Origin: Lepidodermella squamata
Taxonomy: Eukaryota > Animalia > Gastrotricha
Direction: 5' to 3'
NCBI GenBank assembly: GCA_047495785.1
Contig: JBLDXI010000013.1
Location: 1,550,001-1,614,000 of the forward strand
Length of the DNA stretch: 64,000 bases
Each line of letters opens with the position of its first letter. Within the stretch, counting starts at the first letter, position 1. Position numbers and translations under genes: made by a program. This document shows positions 1 through 13,100 of this stretch, piece after piece. Below the pieces are notes generated by a model. The model was not told the DNA's origin and searched no databases. It saw only the letters and a program-made list of their open reading frames with translations.

Positions 1-710
1 ATGTTCATTTCAGATTTCGTTGGGGCTGCTTTGATCACTGTCAAGTTGAATTGTTGTGCAAATTTAAAATAACAGCGAGGTTCTTTGAATTTAAAATACC
101 TCGGATATCGGATAAAGCCAACCATTGGTGGAATATTTCGATATAATAAGGCAAAGCTCTCTATTAATGGTGAAAAAGGCGGAATGATGGTTTGTGTGAA
201 AACCAAAGTTTACCGGCATAGCAGTGCCGACTGTTATCGATTCTCCAATACAGGGTGTTCATATGTAGCGCGCACATAAACCTGCGGCAAATGTTAAGGC
301 ATTATATGGTTTATGCGCTATTGAATTGCGTATTGAAGGCATACCTATGAAATGTGCTATAAGCGATATGTTTGATATGTTCATAACCGCACGTAACACA
401 ACAACAAAACTTCCGGAGTAGGTATACGCCCCAGAAATGTGAATATCACTAAGACTCTGATGTTAGCTCTGATTTATTTCTTGCATTCAGGTAACCTCAA
501 ATAAAGGTGAAAAAATAAAAAGATCCTGTTCGCTGATCAAAAATAGACTAAATAAATTGATATAAATTGATTGTTTCATTCGTATTTTACTTTGAGAGCC
601 GCTTATGAATTAATTCGACACCTTTGTGAAAAAAATGAGGTAAATACACCGATTCAGCTTTATTTCAAAATTATTGTCATTTCTCTCCATCCTTCCTGTT
701 TTTTACTTCA

Positions 711-3700
711 TTAGAATAGGAATTCGCGCTCGCCGAATGAGTCCGGACCTCCACGACGAATTGCCAATTTGCGCAGCTGGTCAACTACCATAAGGAAGAA
801 AGCGAATGGCATCGCAGGTAGCCACCAAAAACCGGAAATTGGAGCCATAAAAAATCTTGTTTGAAAGTATAGGTCTTTATGAATATTTGCCCTCGAGATA
901 AAGGTACTTACGCATCATTGATTCCAGGACAGTAACAGAGTAAAACTGCGATTGCGGTTTCGAAAAACATTCCGAAGAAAAGGTAATGGTTTCTCCCTTA
1001 AAACAAGATGAAAGTAATGCAAATTGAAGTTGGCAAACATTCTTACAGCCTTGATGGAACATTGACGATCTTCGTGTCTTGCACATTACGACACAAATCC
1101 ACTGCATTTCGACAATAGCGAGAAAGTATACTGAGTAGAGAGTTCTTTCAAGATGCTTTCGCTGCGAATAACTCCACTCTTGGCCGTAACTGTCCTCCAA
1201 ATCGTTTAGGCCTTTTGCCAATTAAAATCAGTAGAAAAAAGTTAGGATTGCCGTGAACATAGCTTACCTGGGCAATCCCAGCGGTCGGAAAGAGAGAATA
1301 TGTCCGAAAGTCTGAAACCATTTTCCGTCAAGCAGACAATGTAAGCCATAAAAGCTGCTGCTGCCTCAATCACTCCATTCTGCCCTAATAATGAAAACGG
1401 CAAACAGAAATGGGAATTGGAAAATTCATGTTGGAACCCACCGTAAGCTACTGACATCATTCGTCCTGTAATCATGGTATCTTTTTTGGGGTTCCGAGGC
1501 TTCCTATGCATTATATCTGATTCCGCGTGTTCGTAAGCCAACATAACCGCTTTGAAATTTTGAATTAGGACAGACTATATAGGAAATTTATAAAGCTAAA
1601 ACCTGGCGCCATGTCTGTGACCAAGCATATCACCAGCATAGCAATAGTGCCCATCGGTAGAGGAATTTCAAGAACAACGTAGGAGAGAGCAGCGGCAATT
1701 TGCGGAATATTCGCAACCAAAATGTAGCAAACCGTTTTTTTGAGGTTATCAAACAACAACCGACCCTCTTCGATAGCGAATACAATCGTTGCAAAGTTGT
1801 CGTCCAGCAAAATCATATCAGCAGCTTGCTTCGAGACATCTGACCCGGTGATACCCATAGCGATGCCTATATCGGCCTGTTTTAGAGCCGGCGAGTCATT
1901 CACCCCATCTCCAGTAACCGCCACGACGTTTCCGCTACGCTGGAAACCCTCTACGATTAGAAGCTTTTGCTGCGGAGAAGTGCGAGCAAAAACGATTTCC
2001 TGATAATTTGCGATGACGTCGTCGAGTTGGTTCGGTGACATTTCCCTTAAGCGATCGCCGGGAATGACAATTGCATTCGCTTTCTTGCCTGATGAATCAT
2101 TGCTAGCGATAATGTCCTCTTCAGTCACAGAATGGGGTGAGAAAATTCCGACCATTTTCGCTATTGCTTTCGCGGTCAAGGGATGATCACCCGTTACCAT
2201 GACCACCCTAATTCCGGCCTCTCGACATTTCCGCACCGCTTCTGGTACAGAAGGTCTCGGAGGGTCCATCAACGCGACAAGTCCGACAAATCGCAGACCT
2301 TTGAGTGGGAAATTCGGCTCTGGTTCTGTGGTGAAGTAATGATTCGGTGGATATTGATCGGCCGGGAGGAGCAGGTCTGCAAAGCCAAGAACCCTCTCGC
2401 CCATTCCGCCAAGTTCGCCATAGATTGCGTTGAACTTGGCCCGCATTTCTTCCGTGATAGGCAGCTCACCTCCATTAGCTTCGCCGAGCCACATTGTTGC
2501 ACACATATCAATGATTCGTTCCGGGGCTCCTTTCATCACAACCAAGAACCGTCGATCTTCCGTTCTCTTATGAACTGAGGCCTGAAATTTGGTAGCCGAG
2601 CTGAACGGTATTTCAGCTTGTTTCGGCCACTTGGAGCGGAAATACTCAACCGAGCCGATTGAAAGCTCGGCAAATTTCAATAGACCAGACTCGGAGCCGT
2701 CGCCAATACATTCTCGTTCCATAACATCGATTTCATCCTGGCCCTGTTTGAAAACGGCGCGGCTACATAGCGCAATAATGCGAATTAAGGAAGTCCAGCC
2801 AGTTTTTTCGGGATCCGCCATGTATTTTCGCGCAACTATCTGCTCTTTCGTAACATCAGCTATATGGATGTCATTGTTGAACCACAGATGCGCAACTGTC
2901 ATTTTGTTCTGCGTTAATGTACCAGTTTTATCGGAACAGATTGTTGATGTTGCTCCTAGCGTTTCGACTGCCTCGAGATTTTTCACCAACGCATTACGTT
3001 TAGCCATGCGTTTAGCTGCTAACGTTAAGCAAAGGGCTACTTCAATGATAACGCCTTCAGGAACATTGCCGATGATGATGCCGATCGAAAAAACCACTGC
3101 TCCGATCCAGTTTCGAGGATTTTTAACGAGGATCCATATAAGGAATATAACTCCCATAGTAATGGCAAAAGCTGTTAAGATCCCAAAGAAAAAAGGGTTC
3201 ATATCTTGAATTAAAACAAAAACTAACCGCAAATGACGTAAACAAAGAGTTCCAACTCTTTCGATAGCGTAGTTTTTTTCGGTTTGATACCGCTGGTCAA
3301 TCGGGCAATTCGTCCCATCACTGTGTTGTCGCCAGTTTCAGTTACAACAGCCGTCGCCGTACCCTCGACAGCAAAGGTCGAGAAAAATATGAGATTTTTA
3401 GTCTCCAGTGGGTTCTCATTGGTACACTCTGGAGATCGAACTTGAGGGTCGGACTCGCCTGTTAAACATGAGTTGTCAACTTTGAAACCGGAGCTTTTAG
3501 CGATTCTACAATCAGCTGGGATTTTATCGCCACCCTTCAGCACTACGACGTCACCAGGCACCAACTCTTCGACGGGAATTTGCTTGCTGGAATTCGACCG
3601 GATAACAGTAGCGAAAGAAGGCATGAATTTCTGGAAAGAATCCATGATTTTCGACGACTTGGCCTCTGGAAATAAGGTAGAAAAAATCAAGTAAAATTTA

Positions 3701-4475
3701 TTGATTAAAGCAAACCTTGATAGTAAGCAAAGATTGCTGTAATTATGACAACCCCAGACAATGCGCAACCAAGGTAAAGATTGTCACCGGGAACAAATTC
3801 GCTATTAGAATGTTGAATGCCGTACGCGATGAAGCACAGAGCAGAGCCTATCCATAGCATGACGTTGAAACCGCCAGCCAGATGACGCGCGAACTTGAAC
3901 CATTCGGGTAGAGACGGCGGCGGGCGGATTTTGTTCAACCCATACACATCGATTCGTTCTTGAACCTGGCTTTCTGTAAGTCCAGATCTGACCCTAGTTC
4001 CTAGCCGATGTTCAAGTTGATGTATGGTAATCCTGTGCCAATCAATGGCTGCCTCGTTTTTCAAGTCGTCGATTTCATCCTGCGCATTTTTCCCGCATTG
4101 CAGTAAACTTCCGCAGCATTTGTCGAGAAATTGCTGCCAGCATTGTTTTTGAACTTGTTGATGGGACATGACCGAGTTTTGTCGGGTGATTCTGCGGACA
4201 TGAGAGCCGCGGGGGCCATCCAACTCCTCGTCATTGGCGGCACTCGATGACAGTCGGGTTGATAGGTGGCTCGAACGATGCTGGTCGTCGACAGATTTGC
4301 GGCTTTCACTGTGCGACGCAAATCGGCTGCGCCGGGTCTCAGATGGACCGCGGTTCGCTCTCGGCCGGATTTCCTCACTAGCTGCTGTTGCGAAGACAGT
4401 AGGTGTTGAGTCCACCGGCGCGTTTATGGCGACGCCCTCGACCACTGTTGGAAGTTCAATCTTTACGTCAGCCAT
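711..4475 (-). CDS. P-type ATPase, type IIC (Na+/K+-ATPase alpha-like), divergent; multi-exon
   Basis: ORF pieces 3705-4475, 3223-3768, 1565-3232, 1242-1544 and 877-1221 join via short GT-AG introns. Motifs: TGES, NVPEG, CSDKTGT, KGAPE, MVTGD, GDGVND, CKTRR. The last exon, read manually, is FFMAPISGFWWLPAMPF...RRGGPDSFGEREFLF*, stop at 711-713. Confidence 0.93.
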
Positions 4476-4861
4476 GGAGGAATGGCTTTATAGCCCGAAT
4501 TCGACTCGTCTGCCGCGATTATTCAAACCTGCCAAAATACACTTCCAAGATCGTTTTATGTCCACGCTTTTGCGGAAGGACTTTGTGTAGTGCAAATCGA
4601 GCAAACATTCTGCGACGGTCTATAATGTGTACCATCTATTGTCCCATTAGGCAAGAGAGTCCTACTTACGCTCAAGATGTTTGCCATCGCGATGGCTGTC
4701 GATGACGTCATGACGAATCGGGTTAAATACCGCAAAATACCAGGCGATCTATTTTTAGTTACATTCACATTATTTATTATAATTGCAATCAAATCACGTT
4801 ATCATTACTCATTGGATCATCAATTGCTTTGATTCGAATGTCGACCTTGTGGCATTATCAT

Positions 4862-5356
4862 CTAATACCCAGTCGCTTTTTTATTAACAAGTAGTGATTT
4901 ATAAAGCGCACTCTTTCTTCGTTCGTGATGAACATCATCGCGGAGTTTTCGAATTTGTTCTCTCATTCTTGCAAATGTATCCATACTGTTGGCATCGCTA
5001 GCTTGATCGGTTTGAGTGGCCGCACTTTTGCAGGCTGGTTTGCATAAGATCGCTACGGACCTAGTCCGGTCCGAAAATGCGTCCTTTTTCATTTCGTTTG
5101 AAGTCTTGGGGATGGAAGACAGATCTTTCGCATCTTTCGATTCGAACAGTAAGAAACGATTTTCGAATGGCGGCTTGTTTTCAGGTAGCTGCTGGAGAAG
5201 CCGGGGCACTTTCCGTTTCCGGGCCAAAAGTTCTTTCACAGTCGGCGTTCTTCTGCGTTTTTCTGTTTTTGGCCATTCGACTTTCTCATCATTTCGTACG
5301 ATAATCACGTTGAGAGTCGTCGAAGTTGGGGCTGGAAAACTATCTTCAGAGAACAT
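4862..5356 (-). CDS. hypothetical 164-aa protein with a basic NLS-like patch and a C-terminal coiled coil
   Basis: ATG-initiated ORF preceded by an acceptor-like TTTAG. Contains KRRR/RKRK and a heptad-like C-terminus (MREQIRKLRDDVHHERRK). No family recognised. Confidence 0.5.
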   Translation of the reverse strand: MFSEDSFPAPTSTTLNVIIVRNDEKVEWPKTEKRRRTPTVKELLARKRKVPRLLQQLPENKPPFENRFLLFESKDAKDLSSIPKTSNEMKKDAFSDRTRSVAILCKPACKSAATQTDQASDANSMDTFARMREQIRKLRDDVHHERRKSALYKSLLVNKKATGY

Positions 5357-5989
5357 GTTTATGACTAAAGCGTTGTATACGAGTTAAAATTAAAAGAAAA
5401 AAGCCAAGGTTAAATGCTCAAAAAGTACGTAGATTGAGTGCCATCCAACGTTGGGTTTCTCTTCCAATGATGCAGGACCATGTGTTGCGTAATAATGAAA
5501 CGGATTTACGGGAGCTTATTAGTCCGAAGTCACAACTCATCGCAAAAAAATTGGGAAAATTAATCTGTGAGTGCTGTCGCTTGAGTCATTGCATGACGTT
5601 ACCTTGGAAGATAACTTTGATTAAGATGAAAAAATAGAGGTATTCTAGACTTCCCTTATAGAATTGTCTAACTTCGTCGACTTTTGGCTAGATAGAGCAT
5701 CTCTAGCATCAGTATAGTTGCTTGTGAACAGCAAATTTTCTGTTGCATTTTCGGCGAAATTCTCAATACCTGATCGAAATACGTTCCGCAAGAAGGAATT
5801 TGCTAGCTATTGGGAGGATTTTTCTAGCATAACTGCTCGTCAAATCAGCGTTGTGTTGGGACATGCTACCTCCATGTTAGACAAGTATAAGTATAAAATA
5901 ACATCAAGAGCATCATCATGGAGTCTGGAAGATTTTTACTTCAAAAAAACGCAAAACGGATTCATATATGATTTAATTCCCTTCGATGT

Positions 5990-7726
5990 TTAGCTACAGC
6001 AGCCATGAAGCACAGAGATTCCTAACAAATTGATTTGGTAAAGAGGCGAAAGTTTCTCAAGTCTCACTTCAACCTTGGTTAAATGCGATTTCGGCAGCAC
6101 ACAAAGCAGGCTATCCATCATAATCCCGCGGCGATTAACCAACGTCGGAAACGGCAGTTGAATCGCGATGTTTTGCTGAAACATCTCTGGTCGGAAATCT
6201 AGATTAATACGCGGCCATCGAACAGAGAACATTTCATTCGATGGCTTGATATAGGCCATTTTAATGTCAACAGCCAACCGGCCAACCTCTGATGAATTTT
6301 CACTCGGCGAGATACAGCCTTGTTTACACACCGAAAACAGCAAGGCTAATCGTGAAACAACCGGTTTAGACCCACACAAGCGCGTAGAATCAACCCGGCT
6401 AATCGGCAGTTGAACCTTGAAAACAGCTGGCAGTAATTCGCGGAAAGAAAATGCAATCAACGCGTCGTTTGCCACGTTAATGCCGTCGTAGGTTAAAATA
6501 TTCAAACTACGCCTGATATTATTCAACGTAGATTCTTCGCTGACAATATTTGACGCCAGTCGATCGCGAGACCGAAATCGTCTGTTGAAGGTCATGAAAC
6601 ACTCAGCGTCTTGCCACCGATTTGTATCGTTGAATAAAAAGGTATTCGGAACGTTGTAGCCAGCTAATTTCGGCGGTTCTTCGTAAAATCGATCGTCCAG
6701 ATCGACGCTATTCGTCTTCATTCGATCAATCAGCCGGTTAACGGCAATTCTGAAGTAATAAATCAAAAATTCAGCCGTCATTAGATGAGCAAGCGCCGAT
6801 GGGTGGTAATTATCGTTGCCGGCAAATAGGTCAAGCAAAAATTTTCCATTTATCGGGCCATCGCTGCTTGGGTCACAGAAAAACTGTTTCCATCCAATGG
6901 CTGGCAGTTGGTAATATTTAGCAACTCGAAGGTAGATGTCATCGGCCAAGTCGCATCGTTTCTCAGGTAAATACGCTGGGTTTGCTGTGAACATTTTCGC
7001 AACGTAAGGACTGTTCAATAGCACAATATGAATAGCTGGGTTACGGCGCCAAATAGTTCGAATGAGGTCTTCGAGATGGCGGCCAGGGCTGTCAGGCTGC
7101 TGGAAGCCTGGCAGCTTTTTATCCGTTGCCGCTCCGTCATTTACGGCGAATTCGATCATTAAAACATCTGTCTCATTCAGGTCGATGAATTCGGGCAGGC
7201 ATAAGGCGAAGAGCTCACTTCCCGTGCCACCCATAGCGCCGTTTTTGAACGACACCTCGACGCCTATAGGCTTGAAAATCGCCTCTAGCCAGTCCCAGAA
7301 TAGCGATGTATAGGACAGGGCGCTTTTCTAAAAAAAAGCGATTTTATATTCACAGTTTTTTTTAGTATTTTTTGTCACCGATAAACCGCCGCCTGTTGTA
7401 ATTGAACCTCCAACAGCAGCGACCCTGAGCGTCGGTTGTTTCGTTTCATTAGACCCATCACTTCTCTCTATAGTAGACAGAACTAATGTTTCTAGCAACT
7501 GGTCGAGTCGGGACGAGTCGCCAATCGTTTGCAGCGAACGGTTTACGAATTTCACCGTGTAATCGATCTGGGGAGCTGTTCGAAGAGCAGCTCTTAGCGT
7601 AGTAGCTAATGCTAATTGCTGCCTATTAACGGTGGCTGATTCTGCTGTTAAAAATTGATTTGTTACGGAGGCAACGAAGAGTAATAAAACTGGAAGATAA
7701 CTAATACTACGCCAATAATTAGACAT
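5990..7726 (-). CDS. secreted SGNH/GDSL-type hydrolase (paralog 1), 2 exons
   Basis: Signal peptide (MSNYWRSISYLPVLLLFVAS). SGNH blocks: VGGSIT, NGAMGGTGS, IEFAVND, DNYHPSALAH. 51-nt intron at 7328-7378. Clear similarity to 18927-20609. Confidence 0.85.
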
Positions 7727-8211
7727 TTTGTGGCAAATTAAATTATACAAACTTAATGATTCGGCCCTTCACCACAAAAGGTGAAGACTAATAAGCCACT
7801 GGTTTTATTAATATTATACGTGCAGACACCAGGTAGAATAGGCAGATTATTAAACGCTTTCAGTTGTTAATAAATTAAGATTAGTATAAAGATATTTATT
7901 TTTCGCCACGTGAGGCGGCCTTGTAACTCTTAGTTAACGTTTCTTAATGAGCGAATTCACGCTTCGCACGAATAAACATTTATATACTGGAGGAGTAATT
8001 TTCAATTATGGCGCTTCTCATTACTTCGTTCGTGTGGGAAAGAAAAAACTTGGGAAGCAATATGAGAGCATGGCAACGCCGTGATTTATATTCTCACTTC
8101 CACTTCGTGCCGTAACTTCAGGCAATTTTTGGCTGAGTTTTTTCGAGGATTAAAATAAGCGTGTTGATTCAGCAAACTTTGATATTTTGGGCCATGTTGG
8201 GGGGAAATATT

Positions 8212-8750
8212 TGACCGTTAACAAGAGTGATAAGTGGGAAATTGGCGAAATTTCGAACATCGTGAGATTTCGATGTCACTTTCAAGGCCGCAACAAACCA
8301 GGAGTCGAACGATGTCAGAAAGGTCGATAGTCATCAGGGTTGCTGAGAAAGCTTTCGAAAAATGCGCACTTAACAAATTAACTTTTTTTATTGCATCAAT
8401 TAATAATCACCACGCTATAAATTCTCATGTTATTTTCTTATTCGCAGTCGGCATTTTTTGAGGTAATCGAAGGTGAGGAGTCTAGCTAGATATTCAAACA
8501 TTTTTATGGCTCAAGCTAGTGCCTCTGCTTCAACCTAAATCGAAAGTTTTTTGGGCATCCCTTTGGGGTTACCCGTCTTTTAAGGAGGATGGGTGCCTCC
8601 CAGAGGTCTGAAATTTGAACATTTAAAAATCCTCAAGAAGAGATAAAATATCTTGCAATCTAAGAATCATCCCTCTTCAAGTCACATTTTGAGATTTGCG
8701 GGAAAATAAACAAAACTCGCCAAACCCCACTTTGCACTTATTGACGGTCA
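8212..8750. mobile_element. MITE family A, copy 1 (~540 bp, ~30 bp TIRs)
   Basis: Left end TGACCGTTAACAAGAGTGATAAGTGGG; right end CCCCACTTTGCACTTATTGACGGTCA. Internal sequence (GATAGTCATCAGGGTTGCTGAGAAA, TTTTATTGCATCAATTAAT) is shared with 17147-17712. Confidence 0.85.
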
Positions 8751-9600
8751 TTTCTGATCTGCAAATTTGGGCAACTTTACGAATTTTATCTGATTTTTGG
8801 CATTTTAAACCATTTTTGCGTGAAATTTGGCAGTTGGCGGGAAATCTATACGATTACCCCGGGTTACGGTAGGACTTTTTCCAAGCCATCACTGGGTTAT
8901 CTCTGAGACTGGAAAAATCTATCTTGTTCGTGTTTTTTCGAAAGTTGAAAATAGTCGTCTATCATTTTCACCCGGCATCACGTGATGAGCTTCCAGATCT
9001 GAGTTCAACGCAAGTCTCATATTTTTGTAAACGTTCTTTATTAATGAGGACACATAAATATCATTTGTAACCATGATTTGTCAGAAAAGATGCTCAGAAA
9101 AAATATATTCTAATAAGATCAACAGTTTATCCCATCGCAAGAATGCGTAAGATCATGAGAGGAGAGACGGAAAGACAAGGTAAACACAATTTGAGAAATG
9201 TCGTACATAAGCGTGATTGTTGACATTGCAGTCAGGAGTTACCGGAAGAAAATTAGGCTCTATATCAAAATGTCGTTCTGGTATTATAGGTATTCTTTGT
9301 CTTCGAAACAAAAATGAGAGCCGTGTGAATATTGGGACAATACATTTTCCCATCTCTATTCAACAAAGGTTTTATACAACGCCGGGCGAGATTTAAATGG
9401 GGTAGTATCGGACGGATGGTTAAAGCAGCCTTTTTTCTTTTATGGTAATAAACTTTCAAACATGAGGATCCACGGATGGGAACATTCGACGTCAAATGAT
9501 AAGCAAAAGGCTATTACAAAAAAATACTTCTATTTTGCGCATATAGAGAACAACAGAAATAGCGAATGCAATAAATTAAGCAAAAACTAGCGAAAAAAGA

Positions 9601-10197
9601 TCAACGGCAAGGTCCAGCGCCCATGCTGTGGCAACCGCAGTAGTTGGTTTCAAAGGTGCAATGGCAAGGAGCGCACTTGCAGCAGCTGAGAACTGGGCGA
9701 AATTCGAATCGCGCGCCTTGCAACGGGATCGGCGAGCCCGCCAGCCCGGCGGCGTAGTTCGGCGACACCTGGTAGCTGTAGTAGCACAGGTCGCAGCTGT
9801 CACAATTGCCCTTTTGTTGTTGTTGTTGTTTGGTTGCTTTTAGGACGCTGGAAGCGCCGTTCTTCGACCATACCCCGCGCTTGCTGGGCTGTGTCGGCGT
9901 CGTCTGGAAGCCGTCGTCGATCGACGAGTTGTTCATGAGTGTTGTCGACGACGCGCTCGAGTCGTCCAACATCGAGTTCGACAGGCTGTTGTTGTTGCTG
10001 CTAGACGATCCGTAACCGAACAGGTCGTAGCCGCGATTTTCATCGCCAAACCCGCCGCCGCAATTGGTTGTCGCTTGAATGACGTTGTCAATCAGCCGGT
10101 CCATCATCGGCTCCGAGTCATTTCGTGGTGAAGAACTCGCTGCAGGCCTAGGACCATCCAATGCCGGCGGAGGGGAGCCGACGTTAATCGTATTCAT
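9601..10197 (-). CDS. hypothetical low-complexity protein with a Cys-rich C-terminus (possibly the last exon of a larger gene)
   Basis: GC-rich coding-like block within ORF 9601-10362; first ATG at 10197 follows an acceptor-like CTTCTATAG. Ser/Asn/Gln-rich body, then CDSCDLC...CCKCAPCHC...CGCH. Confidence 0.55.
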   Translation of the reverse strand: MNTINVGSPPPALDGPRPAASSSPRNDSEPMMDRLIDNVIQATTNCGGGFGDENRGYDLFGYGSSSSNNNSLSNSMLDDSSASSTTLMNNSSIDDGFQTTPTQPSKRGVWSKNGASSVLKATKQQQQQKGNCDSCDLCYYSYQVSPNYAAGLAGSPIPLQGARFEFRPVLSCCKCAPCHCTFETNYCGCHSMGAGPCR

Positions 10198-13100
10198 TCG
10201 CTTTTGTGAGCCGCCATCAAGAAAAATAGATGTATCTATAGAAGGAAAACAGTATCTGTTAGGCCAAGAGTAACATATGTAAGAGATAGGCCGAAGGTTA
10301 ATAGGTGAAGAAGATTTCATAAAACGCGTGCTCTTGAAATTGTTCAATCGTGTGCTGGCCACTGTTAGAATTTTCCCGAAGCCTGGACACGTGATAAATG
10401 TTCAAGCATTTTCGATGCGTACACAACAGTGATCTAACATGACAACTTCTCGAGCTTGGAAAATGGACGTAAAATTTCCCTAAAAAGTATCCCTCACATG
10501 TCTAAAAAGGTCAAATCCTGCCTGGTCAAAAAATCGATTTTTCTATTTTTTATAAAATCCCTAATTGAGAGTGCAAAATTTCTCTATTGGCTATTGGTTT
10601 TATTAGTTTCCGATATCAAACGATGAGTAAAACAGGATGAAAAAAGCTACTAATGGTACATTTTCATTACAACCTAAATCCAGTTAGAAGGAAACATCCT
10701 CAATCGAAAATTCCTCAACCCTTGAGTTGAAATGTTTTTTTTATGTAAAAAAAAAGAGATGAATTGAAAAACAGTTTGATAGCGTGAAAGAAAATTGAGA
10801 GTAAAGAGTTATCTATTCGGAAAACCCTATTTTTACCTGACATTGCAAGAAAGGCAGAAAACCGCTGAGGCAGTAGACGAATTCTTGAAATTGGAATAAG
10901 ATTTTCACTGTGTGTAATCTTCTTGCTGCGACTCGGCTCAGTCAGGCCAATTAAGTAGTCGCTAGAAATTCGAAATAGCAAATCGGCGCGAGATCAGTTT
11001 TATTAAGAGGCTGATACAGTGTCCAGTTGTTTGAATTCGATTCTGGTCTGCGATCTTGACTTCAAACGCAGTAGCGTTTTGCTCCGAAGCTTCTTCTATA
11101 CTTCTTATAGAGAACTAGAGTTGATTGAAATTCAGATCAAGATCATTTCGAGGGCTAAACGACTCGGTCAAAGTTGAGATAATTCTTACTATAAGGTAAG
11201 ATAAAATTGACGTAAGAGTAAATTTTCAATGAATGAATGTTTTTTTTTACGTGCAAATACGGCGTTAACTCGAACGCCACGCGCGAGCGCGCCAGAATTA
11301 ATCGCGCGCGAATGAATTGCGTAATATAAATGGAAGAAATTTGCGCGTGTCTTAGATATGGACTAGGTGATGTAGGCACGCGATTACACACCGCATGGTT
11401 CACCTTAGTTGGACGCAGCACTTTGAAATGATAACTTTGATAACTTGGTGCAACACAGAAAAAGACCGCCAAGGCTGTAGAGCCGAAAAAACAGACAAAA
11501 ATCCTATGAAAAAAGTTGATCTTCAATCAGTTCAATCCTTCAATGTTGGACATTTAGTTATTTTCTCGAGAGGTCACAGGCAGCTGATATCGACCAATAA
11601 TCATTATTAAATACAACTCTCGAAACCGTACAAATGTTTGGCAACTCGGCAAATAAATTTTCGAATTTATCGAAATTTTTTGACATTGAATAGCTGCCTG
11701 TAATAAACCCCATTTTAATTCATTTAACATTTTTGTTGGCAATTTTGAAGCTGAATGAAGTAGAGGATTACAAATCGAATGGTAGAGTTGTGACTTTGAA
11801 CCTTCGAAAAATATTTCCGCTGTCATTAAGGGGACAAACCTGAAAAAATTGATTATTTAAGGCATACTGTGGTAGTTTCATAAACTCTCACTGGGAATTT
11901 TTAATCGAAAAATAATCTTTATTGCCACTCAGAAAGCAAATCAAGACGCATGATTTGCTGGCGCGCGCGGCCTTGGACGCGTGTATAAATTCGTGTAAAC
12001 AATACGGCCTCGATATTATAACAATATTGCAAAAACAGGACGCAATTTTCATCAGGTAATGATAGCAAAACAATTGATTGTTCGATACCACACTATTAAA
12101 CGCATTGTATATGTATCAATGAATTAAACCGCCGGAGAATTTCAAAATCGAGTTCTTGTAAACATCCACATTAAGCGACGCGCGAAAAGACGGCGCGGAT
12201 AGGAACAAAGGTCATCGTATCACCACCATCATATATATTATATACAAATGCGTAAAATATACACGCGCAGGTGAAAAAGAAGCCACGCTGTGATTAATAG
12301 ACTCGTGTGGCTCGTGAACGCGATGATGTTTGATGTGTATAAAACTAAGGTATTAAAAGGATACGATCTCTTCCGCTCTCCGCCTTTTGATACATTGATA
12401 CCAGTCATCGTCGTGTTTTGTTGATATGCCCAAGAGCGGTGAATGTATGCGATTTAGTGCCTTGCCGTCGCGCTTCGTGTCGCTTGTTTGCTGAAAGCCG
12501 TCCGCGGCAATTAAAAGTACCATATCCTTCCCCAACGTTGCCAGCAGAATTAAGCCACTTCATTTAATATATAGCCATGCCGGACGAGAGGGTGAGAGAA
12601 CGAGCAGCTTATCGTTACGGGTATTTGACAAGTAGCGCCCGTCATCGCGATGGGACAATAAGATATCCGCTGAGGATAAATAAACCCCAACAATAAGTCG
12701 TCAATACGCTCGAATGATACACTCTGTTTTTGTTTTGCCCACCCTTCTTTTTTTGTCAGTAAAATACACATCTTTGCCAATATGTATCAGGGCAAACACG
12801 ACATATTTTTCGCACATATTTTGTCCCATCTCGCCATAAGTGTTATTTCAGGCTGAGAGGACACTTTTATTGATCTTGCTAAATTTGAAAATTTGTTGTA
12901 CGTGCAAAATTTTAATTTTCTCTCGATTTATTTTCGACGCATCATGTTTACGGATGTAAATATTATCACAACAAAAATGCGAGATCAATTAATCCCAGGT
13001 TGGGATTTATCTCCGCGAGGCACGCGTGCCTTTGAATCCCGCACGCGCACGCGGGGCGGTCTTTTTGGGCACAGACGCGTTTTTTTTTGTAGGCCATTCA

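Noticed and set aside
1740-4705. Plus-strand ORFs overlapping the ATPase (and similar antisense ORFs over other genes)
   Set aside because: Antisense shadows of real coding sequence, with no motifs.
5670-5715. U2 snRNA-like CTTTTGGCTAGAT
   Set aside because: Short chance match; no GTGTAGTA branch-recognition sequence or Sm site.
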